A stretch of DNA of 64,000 bases, from NCBI GenBank assembly GCA_003577105.1, contig QEUQ01000009.1, positions 1,326 through 65,325 on the forward strand, given 5' to 3'. Position 1 is the first letter of the stretch. Each line of letters opens with the position of its first letter. Position numbers and translations under genes: made by a program. The DNA is from Acidobacteriota bacterium. GTDB taxonomy: Bacteria; Actinomycetota; Acidimicrobiia; ATN3. Shown here piece after piece: positions 10,606 to 20,338 of this stretch. The notes under the pieces were generated by a model, which worked only from the letters and a program-made list of their open reading frames with translations, was not told the DNA's origin and searched no databases.

Positions 10606-12996
10606 TTATTGGAGGCCGCGCAACTCCGCGCCACACTCTTGCCGGGCACCATCGATTGCGCGCTCCCGTAAAGCCGCTAGCTCGTCGTCACTCAGGGTGT
10701 GATCTTCTGCAGCAAAACCAAGCGCGTACGCCAAGCTCTTGCACTCCGCCGCCACCTGCTCGCCGCGATAGACATCAAACAGGCGAATCGATTCGAGCGC
10801 ATCACCGCACGCATGTCGAATCGCGGCCTCCAGGTCGCCGGCCGCGACATCTTCATGAACAACAAACGCAAGGTCCACAAGGGCCAATGGGTATCGTGAG
10901 AATGGCTGGAAACTGGACTCGGCAGGGATTCGGCCAAGAACTTCATTTTGATTCAGTTCGAAAACTGAGGCGCGCGCGCCAAGCCCTTTGTCCCGTACAA
11001 CTGACGGATGCAGTTCACCAACGACGCCAATTGGCGACTCGTCAACCATCACTGCCGCGGTCCGGCCAGAATGTAGCCCGGCGCGCTCCGTCGGCTCGTA
11101 GCGAGCGTCGGAAATCCCGATCGCGTTCAGAAGCGCTTCGAGAACACCCTTGATTGCAAAGTATCCGAGCGTATCTGAGTCCGACGCGTCGACCGGGTCG
11201 CCCGCAATTAGTGCGGCCAGGTGCTCGACTTCGTTTGGCATTCCGCTCTCACTTAGTGCACCGAAGACTCTGCCGATTTCAAAGAATCGGACCTCACCTC
11301 GACGGTGGGCAAGATTGAACCTGGCGGCACTTATCAACCCCGGAAGCAGCGAGGGCCTGAGAATGCTTTCCTCTGCACGCAACGGGTTCGCAACCCTAGT
11401 GACCTTCCCAGCGCCGTTAAGAAGATCCTCAGGGCCGACGAAACTGAATGTCTTGATCTCGTCTAGACCAGCTCCGCGCAGCACCTGTGACTGAATGCGC
11501 CTGGACCGCTGCCTTGGCGTAAGCCCGCCGGTATGGCTCGAGCTGCTGGGAAGGCGTGTCTCGATATTTGAGTACCCGTGCAGCCTGCCAACTTCCTCAA
11601 TGAGATCTATCTCCCTGGTCAGATCTGGGCGAAAGGATGGCGCAACAGTACGAATCTCATCGTCTGAATGACTTGTCACCTCAATCTCGATCGCCTTCAG
11701 GAGGCGTACCTGCTCATCCGGAGCTATTCGCGTTCCCAGGATCTTGTTAGTCCGGCTTGGCCGGAGACAGATGCGCTGCCGCTCAAAGGGCACCGGATAC
11801 TCGTCGATAACCCCCCGCGCAACTACGCCGCCGGCCAGTTCTTGAATGAGGCTTGCGGCTCTGGCTGATGCCCATAGCACTCCTTCCGGGTCTGTACCCC
11901 TCTCAAAGCGCGCACTCGACTCGCTTCGCAGCGCGAGTCGCTTTGAGGTCGCCAAGATCCCCGTGGGCTCGAAATATGCTGACTCCAAGACAATCGACTT
12001 TGTCTGTGCCGTGATCTCACTCCCCGCTCCCCCCATGATCCCGGCGATGGCCACGGGTCTCTCAGCGTCAGCAATCACGAGGTCCTCGGGAGTCAGCTTC
12101 CGCTCTACTTTGTCGAGGGTCTCGACGGACTCGTCATGGCCGGCCATTCGAACTCGAATGAGCCCTTCGGCCAGTGACTGCCGGTCGAACGCATGAAGCG
12201 GATGACCGCATTCGATTAGTACGTAATTGGTGACGTCGACGACGTTGTTGATTGGCCGCAGCCCCGACGCCGTCAGTCGCGCTGCAAGCCACTCTGGACT
12301 TGGCCCGATTTCGATGCCGTCAATTGTGCGCGCTGTGTAGCGCGGACATCGCTCAGGCGATTCGTTCTCGACCTTGACGAAGTCCGTGATGTTCGCGCCG
12401 CTCTCATTCAACTCAATGCTTGGGATTGCCAATTCGGATCCGAAGACGGCCGAGGCCTCGCGCGCCAGCCCAATCACACTCATTGCATCGGGCCTGTTCG
12501 GGGTGATGTCGAAATCAATCACGGTGTCGTCAAGGCCAAGCGCCAAAGTGATCGGCATACCGAGTGGATAGCCTGCTTCATCAGGCAAGACAAGTATGCC
12601 GTCCGAGGAATCAGCGAGCCCTAGCTCCTCCTCGGAGCAGATCATGCCCTCGGACGCGATGCCTCGAATCCTTCGCCGCCCAATCCGAAATCCCCCAGGA
12701 AGCTCGGCACCAATGGGCGCGAACGCAACTTTCGCGCCCTCGTCGAAGTTCCAGGCCCCGCAGACGACATTGGCTTCGGACGCTGAGCCGTAGGAGACCG
12801 TACAGACTCGAAGTTTGTCCGCATCGGGATGATCAGAGACTGCCTCTACTCGACCGACGACGACGCCTTCTATCCCATCGTCTAGCCGGCGGACGGACTC
12901 GACCTCAAAGCCAGCAGCATCGAGCCCCTCGGCGATTTCGCTTGCCGAGGCCTCAAGCGCAACGTAGTCAGTTAGCCAGTTGAGTGAGAGTCTCAA
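10606..12996 (-). CDS. pheT: Phenylalanine--tRNA ligase beta subunit
   Basis: About 800 aa with tRNA-binding, B3/B4 and B5 domains; characteristic PheT architecture. Confidence 0.95.
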   Translation of the reverse strand: MRLSLNWLTDYVALEASASEIAEGLDAAGFEVESVRRLDDGIEGVVVGRVEAVSDHPDADKLRVCTVSYGSASEANVVCGAWNFDEGAKVAFAPIGAELPGGFRIGRRRIRGIASEGMICSEEELGLADSSDGILVLPDEAGYPLGMPITLALGLDDTVIDFDITPNRPDAMSVIGLAREASAVFGSELAIPSIELNESGANITDFVKVENESPERCPRYTARTIDGIEIGPSPEWLAARLTASGLRPINNVVDVTNYVLIECGHPLHAFDRQSLAEGLIRVRMAGHDESVETLDKVERKLTPEDLVIADAERPVAIAGIMGGAGSEITAQTKSIVLESAYFEPTGILATSKRLALRSESSARFERGTDPEGVLWASARAASLIQELAGGVVARGVIDEYPVPFERQRICLRPSRTNKILGTRIAPDEQVRLLKAIEIEVTSHSDDEIRTVAPSFRPDLTREIDLIEEVGRLHGYSNIETRLPSSSSHTGGLTPRQRSRRIQSQVLRGAGLDEIKTFSFVGPEDLLNGAGKVTRVANPLRAEESILRPSLLPGLISAARFNLAHRRGEVRFFEIGRVFGALSESGMPNEVEHLAALIAGDPVDASDSDTLGYFAIKGVLEALLNAIGISDARYEPTERAGLHSGRTAAVMVDESPIGVVGELHPSVVRDKGLGARASVFELNQNEVLGRIPAESSFQPFSRYPLALVDLAFVVHEDVAAGDLEAAIRHACGDALESIRLFDVYRGEQVAAECKSLAYALGFAAEDHTLSDDELAALRERAIDGARQECGAELRGLQ

Positions 12997-13015
12997 TGTC
13001 GCTCCTTAAAGCGGA

Positions 13016-14053
13016 TCAGAACTGAGAGAGGAATCTCTGATCGTTTTCGTAGAGAAGTCGTATGTCTGGGATCCCGTACCGCAACATGGCAAAACGCTCG
13101 ACCCCAAGCCCGAAAGCAAACCCGGTCCAGCGCTCGGAGTCATAGCCGACGGAGCCGAATACGTTCGGATCGACCATGCCCGCCCCAAGCACCTCAATCC
13201 ACCCCGCGTGCCCGCATGTGCGGCATCCGCTGCCGTCACACAGGAAGCAGCTCATCGAGACCTCGACCGACGGTTCTGTGAACGGGAAGTATGAAGGCCT
13301 CAGCTTGATTTCTCGCTCCCCACCGAAATACTCGCGAATGAAGAATTTCAAGGTTCCGGCAAGATCCCCAAGAGTGAGATCGCTGTCGACCGCGAGTCCT
13401 TCGATCTGATGAAAGACCGGCGAATGACTGGGGTCGAGCGTGTCTCTCCTGAAGACACGGCCCGGCGCAATCATGTAAAGCGGCGGCGAGCAAGACTCCA
13501 TTTCGTGTACTTGAACGCCAGATGTCTGAGTTCTCAGGAGCACCTCTTCCCCACGACCTGACTCAACATAGAGAGTGTCCTGCATTGACCTCGCGGGATG
13601 CCCAGGAGGCGTATTCAACGCCTCAAAGTTGTAGTAGTCGGTGTCCACTTCATTGCCCTCAGCGACCCGATAGCCCATGCCAACGAGGATCTCCGTCAGG
13701 TCGCCAATGGTTTTCGAGATCACGTGCTCGTGGCCAATCCTTACCGAGGGGCCGGGCAGCGAGACATCGATTCGCTCAGCTCTGATGCGCTCCGCCTCAC
13801 CGGCGGCCATAAGTTCGCCTCGTCTCGCCTCGAACAAAGCGTTGATCGCCGCTCTTGCCTGGCCGATTCGGCGGCCGGCTTCAGGGCGCTCTCCCGGTGG
13901 AAGATCCTTCAGTTCCTGGTTTGCCTTGGCGATCAGCGACTTTCGTCCGGTCAGTTCGGATGCGAGCGCCTCAAGAGCATCGAGGTCGGCGACAGCGCCG
14001 ATTGCTTGCTTCGCCTGGGCTACTAGAGCTTCCATTTCCGATCCAGCGCTCAC
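13016..14053 (-). CDS. pheS: Phenylalanine--tRNA ligase alpha subunit
   Basis: Class II aaRS core motifs (FRRD...HSPVFHQIEG...GAGMV). Confidence 0.95.
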   Translation of the reverse strand: MSAGSEMEALVAQAKQAIGAVADLDALEALASELTGRKSLIAKANQELKDLPPGERPEAGRRIGQARAAINALFEARRGELMAAGEAERIRAERIDVSLPGPSVRIGHEHVISKTIGDLTEILVGMGYRVAEGNEVDTDYYNFEALNTPPGHPARSMQDTLYVESGRGEEVLLRTQTSGVQVHEMESCSPPLYMIAPGRVFRRDTLDPSHSPVFHQIEGLAVDSDLTLGDLAGTLKFFIREYFGGEREIKLRPSYFPFTEPSVEVSMSCFLCDGSGCRTCGHAGWIEVLGAGMVDPNVFGSVGYDSERWTGFAFGLGVERFAMLRYGIPDIRLLYENDQRFLSQF

Positions 14054-15564
14054 TGCTCACCTCGCCTGTGATCCCGACCTCCCGAATAGCTCTGCGAGGC
14101 GGGGAGGCGAAGGGTAAATGTTTCAAATCCGTCGCCAGCCTCAGAAACGATCAGCTCTCCACCCTGCAGCTCGGCAACCCGGGCAACCACGTGGAGCGCA
14201 AGCCCCGTTCCCGCCGGTGCTGCCGCCCGCTTCCGCGAGACGATTCTCCCCCTCAGGACCTGAGCAATCTCATCGGGCTCGAGCAGATCCCCGTTGTCGG
14301 CAACCTCCACGTCTACCCAGCCGTCGGCCGATTTGGCACCAATACGGACCAAGCCTTCTCCGTGCTTTGCCGCATTCTCTACAAGCACCCGCATCGCCTG
14401 GGTGAACCTATCTCTGTCAGCATAAATTGCAGCTTGGGAATCCTCCATTGAGTTTTCAAACTCCACATTTGCATATTCGCCTGAAACCTCCTCGACGACT
14501 CCCGCTACGGCCGGCGCCGGATCGAACTCGATCGGAACACAGCGGATCTCGCCGGTCTCGATACGAGCCGTATCTACCAGCTCACCGATCGCCCTAAGAA
14601 GCTTGTCGGCAGCAACCGAAATCTGCCCGACCATCTCCTTCTTGAGTTCGTCGTCCAGTCCGTCCCAACGCTGTTCTATCGTTCTTGCGAATCCCTTGAC
14701 CGACGTCAGTGGTGATCGCAAATCGTGATTGATCGCTGAGACAACCGCTGCCATGTCCACTTCGGGAGCTATCCGATGACATGCCGCATGGAGCAATAGC
14801 GAGCCCGCGATTGCTACGTTGAGCGACTGGCCTTTCCTCTGCATCGGCACTGCTACTCGTGCATCGAGAAGCCTCTCTACCTCGGGGTTCAATCCGGCAC
14901 CCTCGTTGCCGAGCACAATCGCGCACTTCTCTTGAAATTTGAATGTGTTGAAGTCAACGCAACCGTCTGGATCTGCCCCCACAAGCTGAAAACCGTTCGC
15001 CTTCAAGAGCTCGAGCGCCAACGGCAAGTCATGATCGCTCACAAGAGTCGTTCGGAAAAGCGCCCCAGCAGATGACCGCACTACCTTCGGAGCATATGGA
15101 TCCGCGCATCCTTTACCAAGCAAGAGTCCGGCACCGAAGCAATCGGCACTCCTGAGCAACGCGCCGACATTTCCGGGATCCTGAACGGCATCGAGCACCG
15201 CCACTGTCCCACGCCCCAGTAGATCGTTGATGTCCTCGCTGGGAATGGCAACCACTGCTGCCACTCCCTGGAATGACTTGGTGGACACGGCCGAACTAAT
15301 CGCGGTCTCATCGACCCGAACTGTCTCAATTCCCTTCAGGCGAGCACGTTCTACTAGGTCTGGATAGCGGCCTTGATAGGCGTCGGTCACCAAGAGCAGA
15401 GCGACGCTTGCGCCTCCGTCGATGGCCTCGAGGACTGCATTTGGTGAGTCGGCGAGGAACTCTCCGTTTGCATGCCTGGTACTTGATCGACGTAGCTTGC
15501 GAATCCGGGTCAGCTGTGCCTTGGTCGCATCTGGCAAACGCAGCTGCGGCACCTCTTGACTCAT
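14050..15564 (-). CDS. Fusion protein: an N-terminal TrmH/SpoU-family RNA 2'-O-methyltransferase joined to a C-terminal histidine kinase (HisKA + HATPase_c)
   Basis: Single uninterrupted 504-aa ORF. Residues ~1-265 carry SpoU motifs (VQDPGNVGALLRSA, LGNEGAGL, SLNVAIAGSLLL). Residues ~270-504 carry an H-box (INHDLRSPLTSVKGF), an N-box (ENAAKHG), DNGD, and a GTGLAL G2 box. ATGA overlap with pheS. It occupies the tsnR position between rplT and pheS. Confidence 0.8.
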   Translation of the reverse strand: MSQEVPQLRLPDATKAQLTRIRKLRRSSTRHANGEFLADSPNAVLEAIDGGASVALLLVTDAYQGRYPDLVERARLKGIETVRVDETAISSAVSTKSFQGVAAVVAIPSEDINDLLGRGTVAVLDAVQDPGNVGALLRSADCFGAGLLLGKGCADPYAPKVVRSSAGALFRTTLVSDHDLPLALELLKANGFQLVGADPDGCVDFNTFKFQEKCAIVLGNEGAGLNPEVERLLDARVAVPMQRKGQSLNVAIAGSLLLHAACHRIAPEVDMAAVVSAINHDLRSPLTSVKGFARTIEQRWDGLDDELKKEMVGQISVAADKLLRAIGELVDTARIETGEIRCVPIEFDPAPAVAGVVEEVSGEYANVEFENSMEDSQAAIYADRDRFTQAMRVLVENAAKHGEGLVRIGAKSADGWVDVEVADNGDLLEPDEIAQVLRGRIVSRKRAAAPAGTGLALHVVARVAELQGGELIVSEAGDGFETFTLRLPASQSYSGGRDHRRGEQ

Positions 15565-15628
15565 GATGGCCTACGGAAAGAATCACACTCGGCCGTTGGC
15601 AGTACGCCGTCCGACGCGATCCGCGCTC

Positions 15629-15994
15629 TCACGACTGCTTTTCTAGACCGTCCTTGGCGAGGTCAACAAGGCGGGTAAACGCCGCCGGGTCAGAGACTGC
15701 AATTTCCGCGAGAATCTTGCGGTCAACATCTACCTCTGATGCCTTGAGGCCCGCCATGAACCTCGAATACGACAACCCGTTGGCTCGAGATGCCGCGTTG
15801 ATCCTCGAAATCCAAAGCCGACGGATCTCGCCCTTGCGGGCTCGCCTATCCCGATAGGCGTACTGACCGGCGTGCATGACCGCCTCATTGGCTACCTTGA
15901 ACCGCCGGCCAGATGCCCCCCTGTAGCCCTTGGCCTTGGCCATGACCTCGCGATGCTTCTTCTTCGCGTGGACTGATCGCTTCACTCTCGCCAT
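15629..15994 (-). CDS. rplT: 50S ribosomal protein L20
   Basis: Strong match to L20 ([15 protein letters not shown]...). Confidence 0.96.
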   Translation of the reverse strand: MARVKRSVHAKKKHREVMAKAKGYRGASGRRFKVANEAVMHAGQYAYRDRRARKGEIRRLWISRINAASRANGLSYSRFMAGLKASEVDVDRKILAEIAVSDPAAFTRLVDLAKDGLEKQS

Positions 15995-16090
15995 CGGAAA
16001 CCTCCTTGCAGATCGGGTCCGGACCTCGCGGACCGGCTACTTGCGGCCGGGCGGACGTAACCCTGCCGCTGGATGAAAAATGTCTGCTCG

Positions 16091-16285
16091 CTACTTGCCG
16101 AGCATGCGGCGAACGGCCCTCTCATTCGCCGGAGAAACCACCGGATCGCCGGCGAGGCGGCGCTTACGCTTTGCGGACTTCTTTTCGAGGATGTGGCCGC
16201 GGTTGGCTCGGCGCCTACGGATCTTTCCAGTACCCGTTACGCGAAATCGCTTGGCTGCTCCCCTGTGTGTCTTCATCTTCGGCAT
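16091..16285 (-). CDS. rpmI: 50S ribosomal protein L35
   Basis: 64-aa [21 protein letters not shown]... Start ATG at 16283-16285. The upstream 111 codons in the ORF track are read-through, not part of the gene. Confidence 0.93.
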   Translation of the reverse strand: MPKMKTHRGAAKRFRVTGTGKIRRRRANRGHILEKKSAKRKRRLAGDPVVSPANERAVRRMLGK

Positions 16286-16290
16286 TGTTG

Positions 16291-16839
16291 CTACTTGTCC
16301 TTCTTGTTGGGCGCAATCACCATCACCATGTTGCGTCCGTCGAGCTTCGGCATGGCCTCCACCGTGCCAATCTCGCCAACGTCTTCTGCGAGCCTTTCGA
16401 GAATCCTCGCTCCTAGATCCGTATGAGCCATCTCGCGACCCCTGAACATGATTGTGATCTTGACCTTTGCCCCCTCCTCCAAGAACCGCTCGACATGGCG
16501 CTTCTTGGTCTCGTAGTCGTGAGGGTCGATCTTTGGCCTGAACTTCATCTCCTTGATGATGATCTGAGTCTGGTGTTTCCGCGATTCCTTCTGGCGCTGA
16601 GCCTCCTCGTAACGCCACTTCCCGTAGTCGAGGATCTTGCAGACCGGCGGCTTGGCGGTGGGAGCGACCTCGACGAGGTCCAGATCCAGCTCCCTCGCGA
16701 TAGTCAGAGCTTCATGAAGGGGTTTCACCCCGACCTGATCACCGTTTGGCGCTACCACCCGTACCTCGCTGGCGCGGATGTTCTCGTTCACCCGATGCCC
16801 TCGACTGGCGTCTCTGGTCTCTCGCTGATCTGCTGGAAT
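16291..16839 (-). CDS. infC: Translation initiation factor IF-3
   Basis: IF3 N- and C-domains ([11 protein letters not shown]..., [17 protein letters not shown]). The start is probably non-AUG. The ATT codon at 16837-16839 is a candidate (IF3 typically uses AUU); the alternative is GTG at 16789-16791. Confidence 0.85.
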   Translation of the reverse strand: MPADQRETRDASRGHRVNENIRASEVRVVAPNGDQVGVKPLHEALTIARELDLDLVEVAPTAKPPVCKILDYGKWRYEEAQRQKESRKHQTQIIIKEMKFRPKIDPHDYETKKRHVERFLEEGAKVKITIMFRGREMAHTDLGARILERLAEDVGEIGTVEAMPKLDGRNMVMVIAPNKKDK

Positions 16840-17127
16840 TGCGGCTATAGCTCGCCTCCTCTGGAGTTGGTCGCACTGTGCGATCCGGCCAACCGACCGA
16901 AAAAAAAGCGCGATGCCAAAGCACCGCGCCGTGGATTCACCACTGCATCGACCCGGCCGCATCGTTCATCCATATTCCCGAAGCAAGTCTGAGTTGATCG
17001 GAAAAGCAGGCCCGAGCGACAAGGTGAGAAAGAGCCTTCTCTCGTCACCGAGAGATCCTCTCCCTACTTAGGCGCAATGAGTATATCCCCCAAGTCAAGG
17101 CCACTGCCCAAGCCGAGCAGCAGGTGA

Positions 17128-17352
17128 TCAGGGTGCCGACAGACGACGGACACTCACCGCCTCAGGCTTACCGTCGCGATCCGGAGCAATCTCAAATTCG
17201 ACCTTCTCCCCCTTTTCCAATGACCTGAACCCCTCCCCCTCGATTCCGGTATAGCGAACGAAGACGTCCTCATCAACTTTGGTCGATGAAATGAAGCCAA
17301 AGCCTCGCTCGGAGCTGAACCACTTCACCACTCCCGAGAGCACTTCAGTCAA
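17128..17352 (-). CDS. Cold-shock protein (CspA family)
   Basis: VKWFSSERGFGFI and VFVRYTGI RNP motifs; 74 aa. Its start overlaps the hisG stop by 8 nt. Confidence 0.9.
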   Translation of the reverse strand: MTEVLSGVVKWFSSERGFGFISSTKVDEDVFVRYTGIEGEGFRSLEKGEKVEFEIAPDRDGKPEAVSVRRLSAP

Positions 17353-18220
17353 CTACCTTCGAAATCGGAATCTCGATGATGTCCTCGGCTCCGCCAGCCT
17401 TGAGCACTGGAATCAGCCTGTTGATCTCTGACTTCGGTACTACCGTCTCGACTGCGCAATAGTCTCCATTGGCCAAGTGCGAGACCGTCGGGGCTCTCAT
17501 TGAGGGAAGGACGTTCATTATTCCCGCCAGCTGGTCCTCTCGAACATTGAGCTTCACCAAAACCTTGCCCCTGGCGTCCAATGCGCCCCTTAGCAGGAGC
17601 GCGAGCGCATCAATTGCGCTTCGCTTGTCAGGATCAGCGGCCGCTGCTGGATTCGCAATCAGCTCCGTGTAGCTCTCGAGCAATGTGTCGACGATCCGAA
17701 GGCCGGCTGCCCGCAGCGAAGATCCCGTCTCAGTGTTATCAACTATCGCATCAACGATTTCGGGCACCTTGGCCTCCGTTGCTCCATAGGAAAGCGAGAT
17801 GCGTACCGGAATCCCTAGGCCCTCAAAGTATCTCCGAGTGATCTCGGGATACTCGGTCGAGAGCCGTGCATTTGCCGGGATCTGCTCCGGAGCTTCAATG
17901 GCAGAAGCGCCATCAACGGCAAGAACGATGCGGACGGGCCGCTGCGTATTCTTCGAATACCTTAGTTCTGTGATCTTCGTGACCTCGGCACCCGTTTCTT
18001 CGATCCAATCACGACCCGTGATTCCGAGGTCGAAGAGGCCTTCAGCCACATAGGTTGGTATTTCTTGAGGCCTGAGAAAACGCACTGCAGCGATACGCGG
18101 ATCATCAATCTCACCCCGGAGATCCCGATCGCCCCCCCTGGCCACTGCAAGATCCGCTTCTTCGAATAGGCGCAACGTCGGCGCCTCGAGGCTCCCCTTC
18201 GGAAGTACTAGGTCAAGCAA
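17345..18220 (-). CDS. hisG: ATP phosphoribosyltransferase (long form)
   Basis: LPKGSL N-terminus, HisG catalytic and C-terminal regulatory domains, about 290 aa. Confidence 0.9.
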   Translation of the reverse strand: MLDLVLPKGSLEAPTLRLFEEADLAVARGGDRDLRGEIDDPRIAAVRFLRPQEIPTYVAEGLFDLGITGRDWIEETGAEVTKITELRYSKNTQRPVRIVLAVDGASAIEAPEQIPANARLSTEYPEITRRYFEGLGIPVRISLSYGATEAKVPEIVDAIVDNTETGSSLRAAGLRIVDTLLESYTELIANPAAAADPDKRSAIDALALLLRGALDARGKVLVKLNVREDQLAGIMNVLPSMRAPTVSHLANGDYCAVETVVPKSEINRLIPVLKAGGAEDIIEIPISKVVD

Positions 18221-18542
18221 GATATTTCTCCGGTAGCGGATGGACGAGTTCGAGCTCTAGCTGATCGCGGCGAACTCCTCTGAGGGTGCAGCGGAATGCG
18301 CACCCAACGATCCGCGCGAGCTAGGAACATTATTCGTGCAGGTTGCCTTGCTTGCGTGGCATCCTCGGGACATTCCCGAACAACGGCGGACGGCGAAGAG
18401 ACGCACGCCACTAGCTCAGCACAAGTGTCAGACCTGAAACGAAGCGCAGCCTAGCACCCACATAGCGACAGGTTTTTACTTTTTCAGTCGGGTACCTGCC
18501 GTGCCGAATATGTAGTGTGCCCGGAGAGGAGCATCTCAACGC

Positions 18543-19811
18543 ATGGACTCGACTTGGCGCGAGACTGAAACTACAACTCTCGGCGAACGCCTGTTCCCAA
18601 TCGACGAAGCTTTTCCCGATCAGCTCAAGCTCTTCCGCTACCGCATGCAGCTGGCAAGTGGCGCTGCGCTGATCCTGATTTGCGCAACGTCCTCCATGGA
18701 CATCGTGCTGCCACCTCAGCACGTCAAGACCATGTGGACTGCGAGAGCAGCCATTTTGCTCATCCAATTCGGATTCTTTCTCGCGTTCCGGCTCGAAAAC
18801 TTGCGAATGCCGCGCCTTGTCAGCCTCGTCTACGCCGACTACCTGGTCCTATCCATAGGCTTTGCCGCAGTACTACTTGTTGGCCGACAAAGCCCGATGT
18901 TCATGGTCTTCCATGCGATAGCTGCAAGCATGCTGCTCCTGCCCGTCTCCAACACTCAGGCATCGGTCATCCAGGGGCTTGTCCTCGGCGTTGTTCTTGC
19001 GATCGCAATTCCAGCAATTCGAGACAACACCATGGGGACACGTAGCTATCTCGCGGCTCTTCTGATGTTCGTCGCGCTCGTCATTATTCTGAGGAGCGCG
19101 GCCGGAATGACTTTCGCACTGCGCCTTTCCGAGGCCAAGACAAGGGAGACCATCGAGGAGGCCATGCGAAAGCTCAACTTCCTCTCGAGCTTCGACCACC
19201 TCACCAGAGTCGCCAACCGCTCAAACTTCGAGAGCGTTACCGAGGCCGCCGTTATGGATGCTCGTGCCACCAAGGAACCGCTCGCATATCTCGAGGTCGA
19301 TCTCGACTACTTCAAGAGAATCAATGACGAATTGGGACACCAAGCCGGCGATGCGGTACTCCGGGCAGCCTCAGAGCGCATAGCCGGATGCCTTAGAACG
19401 GGCGATCAAGTCGGACGGATGGGTGGAGACGAGTTTGCCGTGCTAATTCGCGGGGCCACGATGGAAGTAGCCACCAGCGTTGCCGACAGGATTCTTCAGT
19501 CGTTCAAGGCCACAAATCTGAAAACCAGCTGGGGTGAGATTGCCCTCTCCTGCACCATCGGAATCGCGTGGTATCCCGGGTGGGGGGGCCTCTCGAGTAA
19601 TTCGCTCATGGCGGCGGCCGATGAGAGTCTCTATGAAGCCAAAGAGGCAGGGAGAGGGCGAGTTGGTTCGGTCAGGTCGCCTCACGACATCGAAGCGCAG
19701 CTCTCAGCTGAGGTCATGGCGCCCCAGCCTTCAGTTGAGTTGAGCACGGAGGCACAGGCATCTCCTCCGGAGGTTGTCGCCCCTCTCTCTCCTCCGCCGC
19801 ACGCGCGCTGA
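18543..19811 (+). CDS. Membrane-anchored diguanylate cyclase (GGDEF)
   Basis: About 190-aa N-terminal region with several predicted TM helices. C-terminal GGDEF domain with an intact GGDEF active site and an RxxD I-site (RTGDQVGRMGGDEF). RBS GGAGAGGAG upstream of the ATG. Confidence 0.88.
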   Translation: MDSTWRETETTTLGERLFPIDEAFPDQLKLFRYRMQLASGAALILICATSSMDIVLPPQHVKTMWTARAAILLIQFGFFLAFRLENLRMPRLVSLVYADYLVLSIGFAAVLLVGRQSPMFMVFHAIAASMLLLPVSNTQASVIQGLVLGVVLAIAIPAIRDNTMGTRSYLAALLMFVALVIILRSAAGMTFALRLSEAKTRETIEEAMRKLNFLSSFDHLTRVANRSNFESVTEAAVMDARATKEPLAYLEVDLDYFKRINDELGHQAGDAVLRAASERIAGCLRTGDQVGRMGGDEFAVLIRGATMEVATSVADRILQSFKATNLKTSWGEIALSCTIGIAWYPGWGGLSSNSLMAAADESLYEAKEAGRGRVGSVRSPHDIEAQLSAEVMAPQPSVELSTEAQASPPEVVAPLSPPPHAR

Positions 19812-19870
19812 AGTTCGTTTCCAGTCGGCCATTGCATCGAGCTGGCTGAGCCGCCAATGGCCAGCATGAA

Positions 19871-20338
19871 TTACGCAGACTTGAGCGTCTTGAGAACCGA
19901 TACTTGCTCAACCACGGTCTGGGCCGCTTCAAAGCCCTTGTTTTCCTGGCGCTCTGCGGCCCGCTCAAGAGCCTGATCGAGATTGTCAGTCGTCAGCACC
20001 CCGAACCCCACCGGAACGCGCTCTTGTAGCGAGACCGCCATCAGTCCGCGGGCGCATTCGGTGGCGACGTGCGTGTAGTGATCAGTACCACCACGGATCA
20101 CGCAACCAAGGGCGATCACGCCGTCGTGACCGGAATAGGCCATCTCAAGAGCCATGAGGGGAAGCTCAAATGCACCCGGGACCCATGCCACCGTGATGTT
20201 CTGCTCCTCGGCGCCCATCTCACTCAGGGCCTCTAGAGCACCTGCAAGCAGCTTCCTTGTCACTAAGTCGTTCCAACGGCTGACGGCCACTCCCAACCTC
20301 AACCCGGCCGCACTCAGCTGCCCTTCGATTTCATCCAT
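19871..20338 (-). CDS. ribH: 6,7-dimethyl-8-ribityllumazine synthase
   Basis: Lumazine synthase fold (RWNDLVT..., GAFELP). The start is probably MDEIEG (short overlap with ribBA). Confidence 0.92.
   Translation of the reverse strand: MDEIEGQLSAAGLRLGVAVSRWNDLVTRKLLAGALEALSEMGAEEQNITVAWVPGAFELPLMALEMAYSGHDGVIALGCVIRGGTDHYTHVATECARGLMAVSLQERVPVGFGVLTTDNLDQALERAAERQENKGFEAAQTVVEQVSVLKTLKSA

Noticed and set aside
16286-16618. Long N-terminal extensions offered by the ORF track (rpmI as 175 aa; argH +54 aa; carA +79 aa; rpe +92 aa; FKBP +95 aa; pilin +42 aa; ribD, ribBA, ribH)
   Set aside because: The extensions read through upstream genes or intergenic DNA in a high-GC genome. Homology begins at internal start codons, which have RBS or coupling signals. 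The features were trimmed accordingly.
18284-18305. Short hairpin GGGTGC...GCACCC in the hisG/GGDEF divergent region, as a possible leader or riboswitch
   Set aside because: Short imperfect stem, no U-tract, no known motif. Insufficient to call.
19812-19870. Inverted repeat GGCCATTG...CAATGGCC between the convergent GGDEF gene and ribH, as a possible bidirectional terminator
   Set aside because: The loop is about 20 nt and there is no flanking U-tract on either strand. A weak candidate only.
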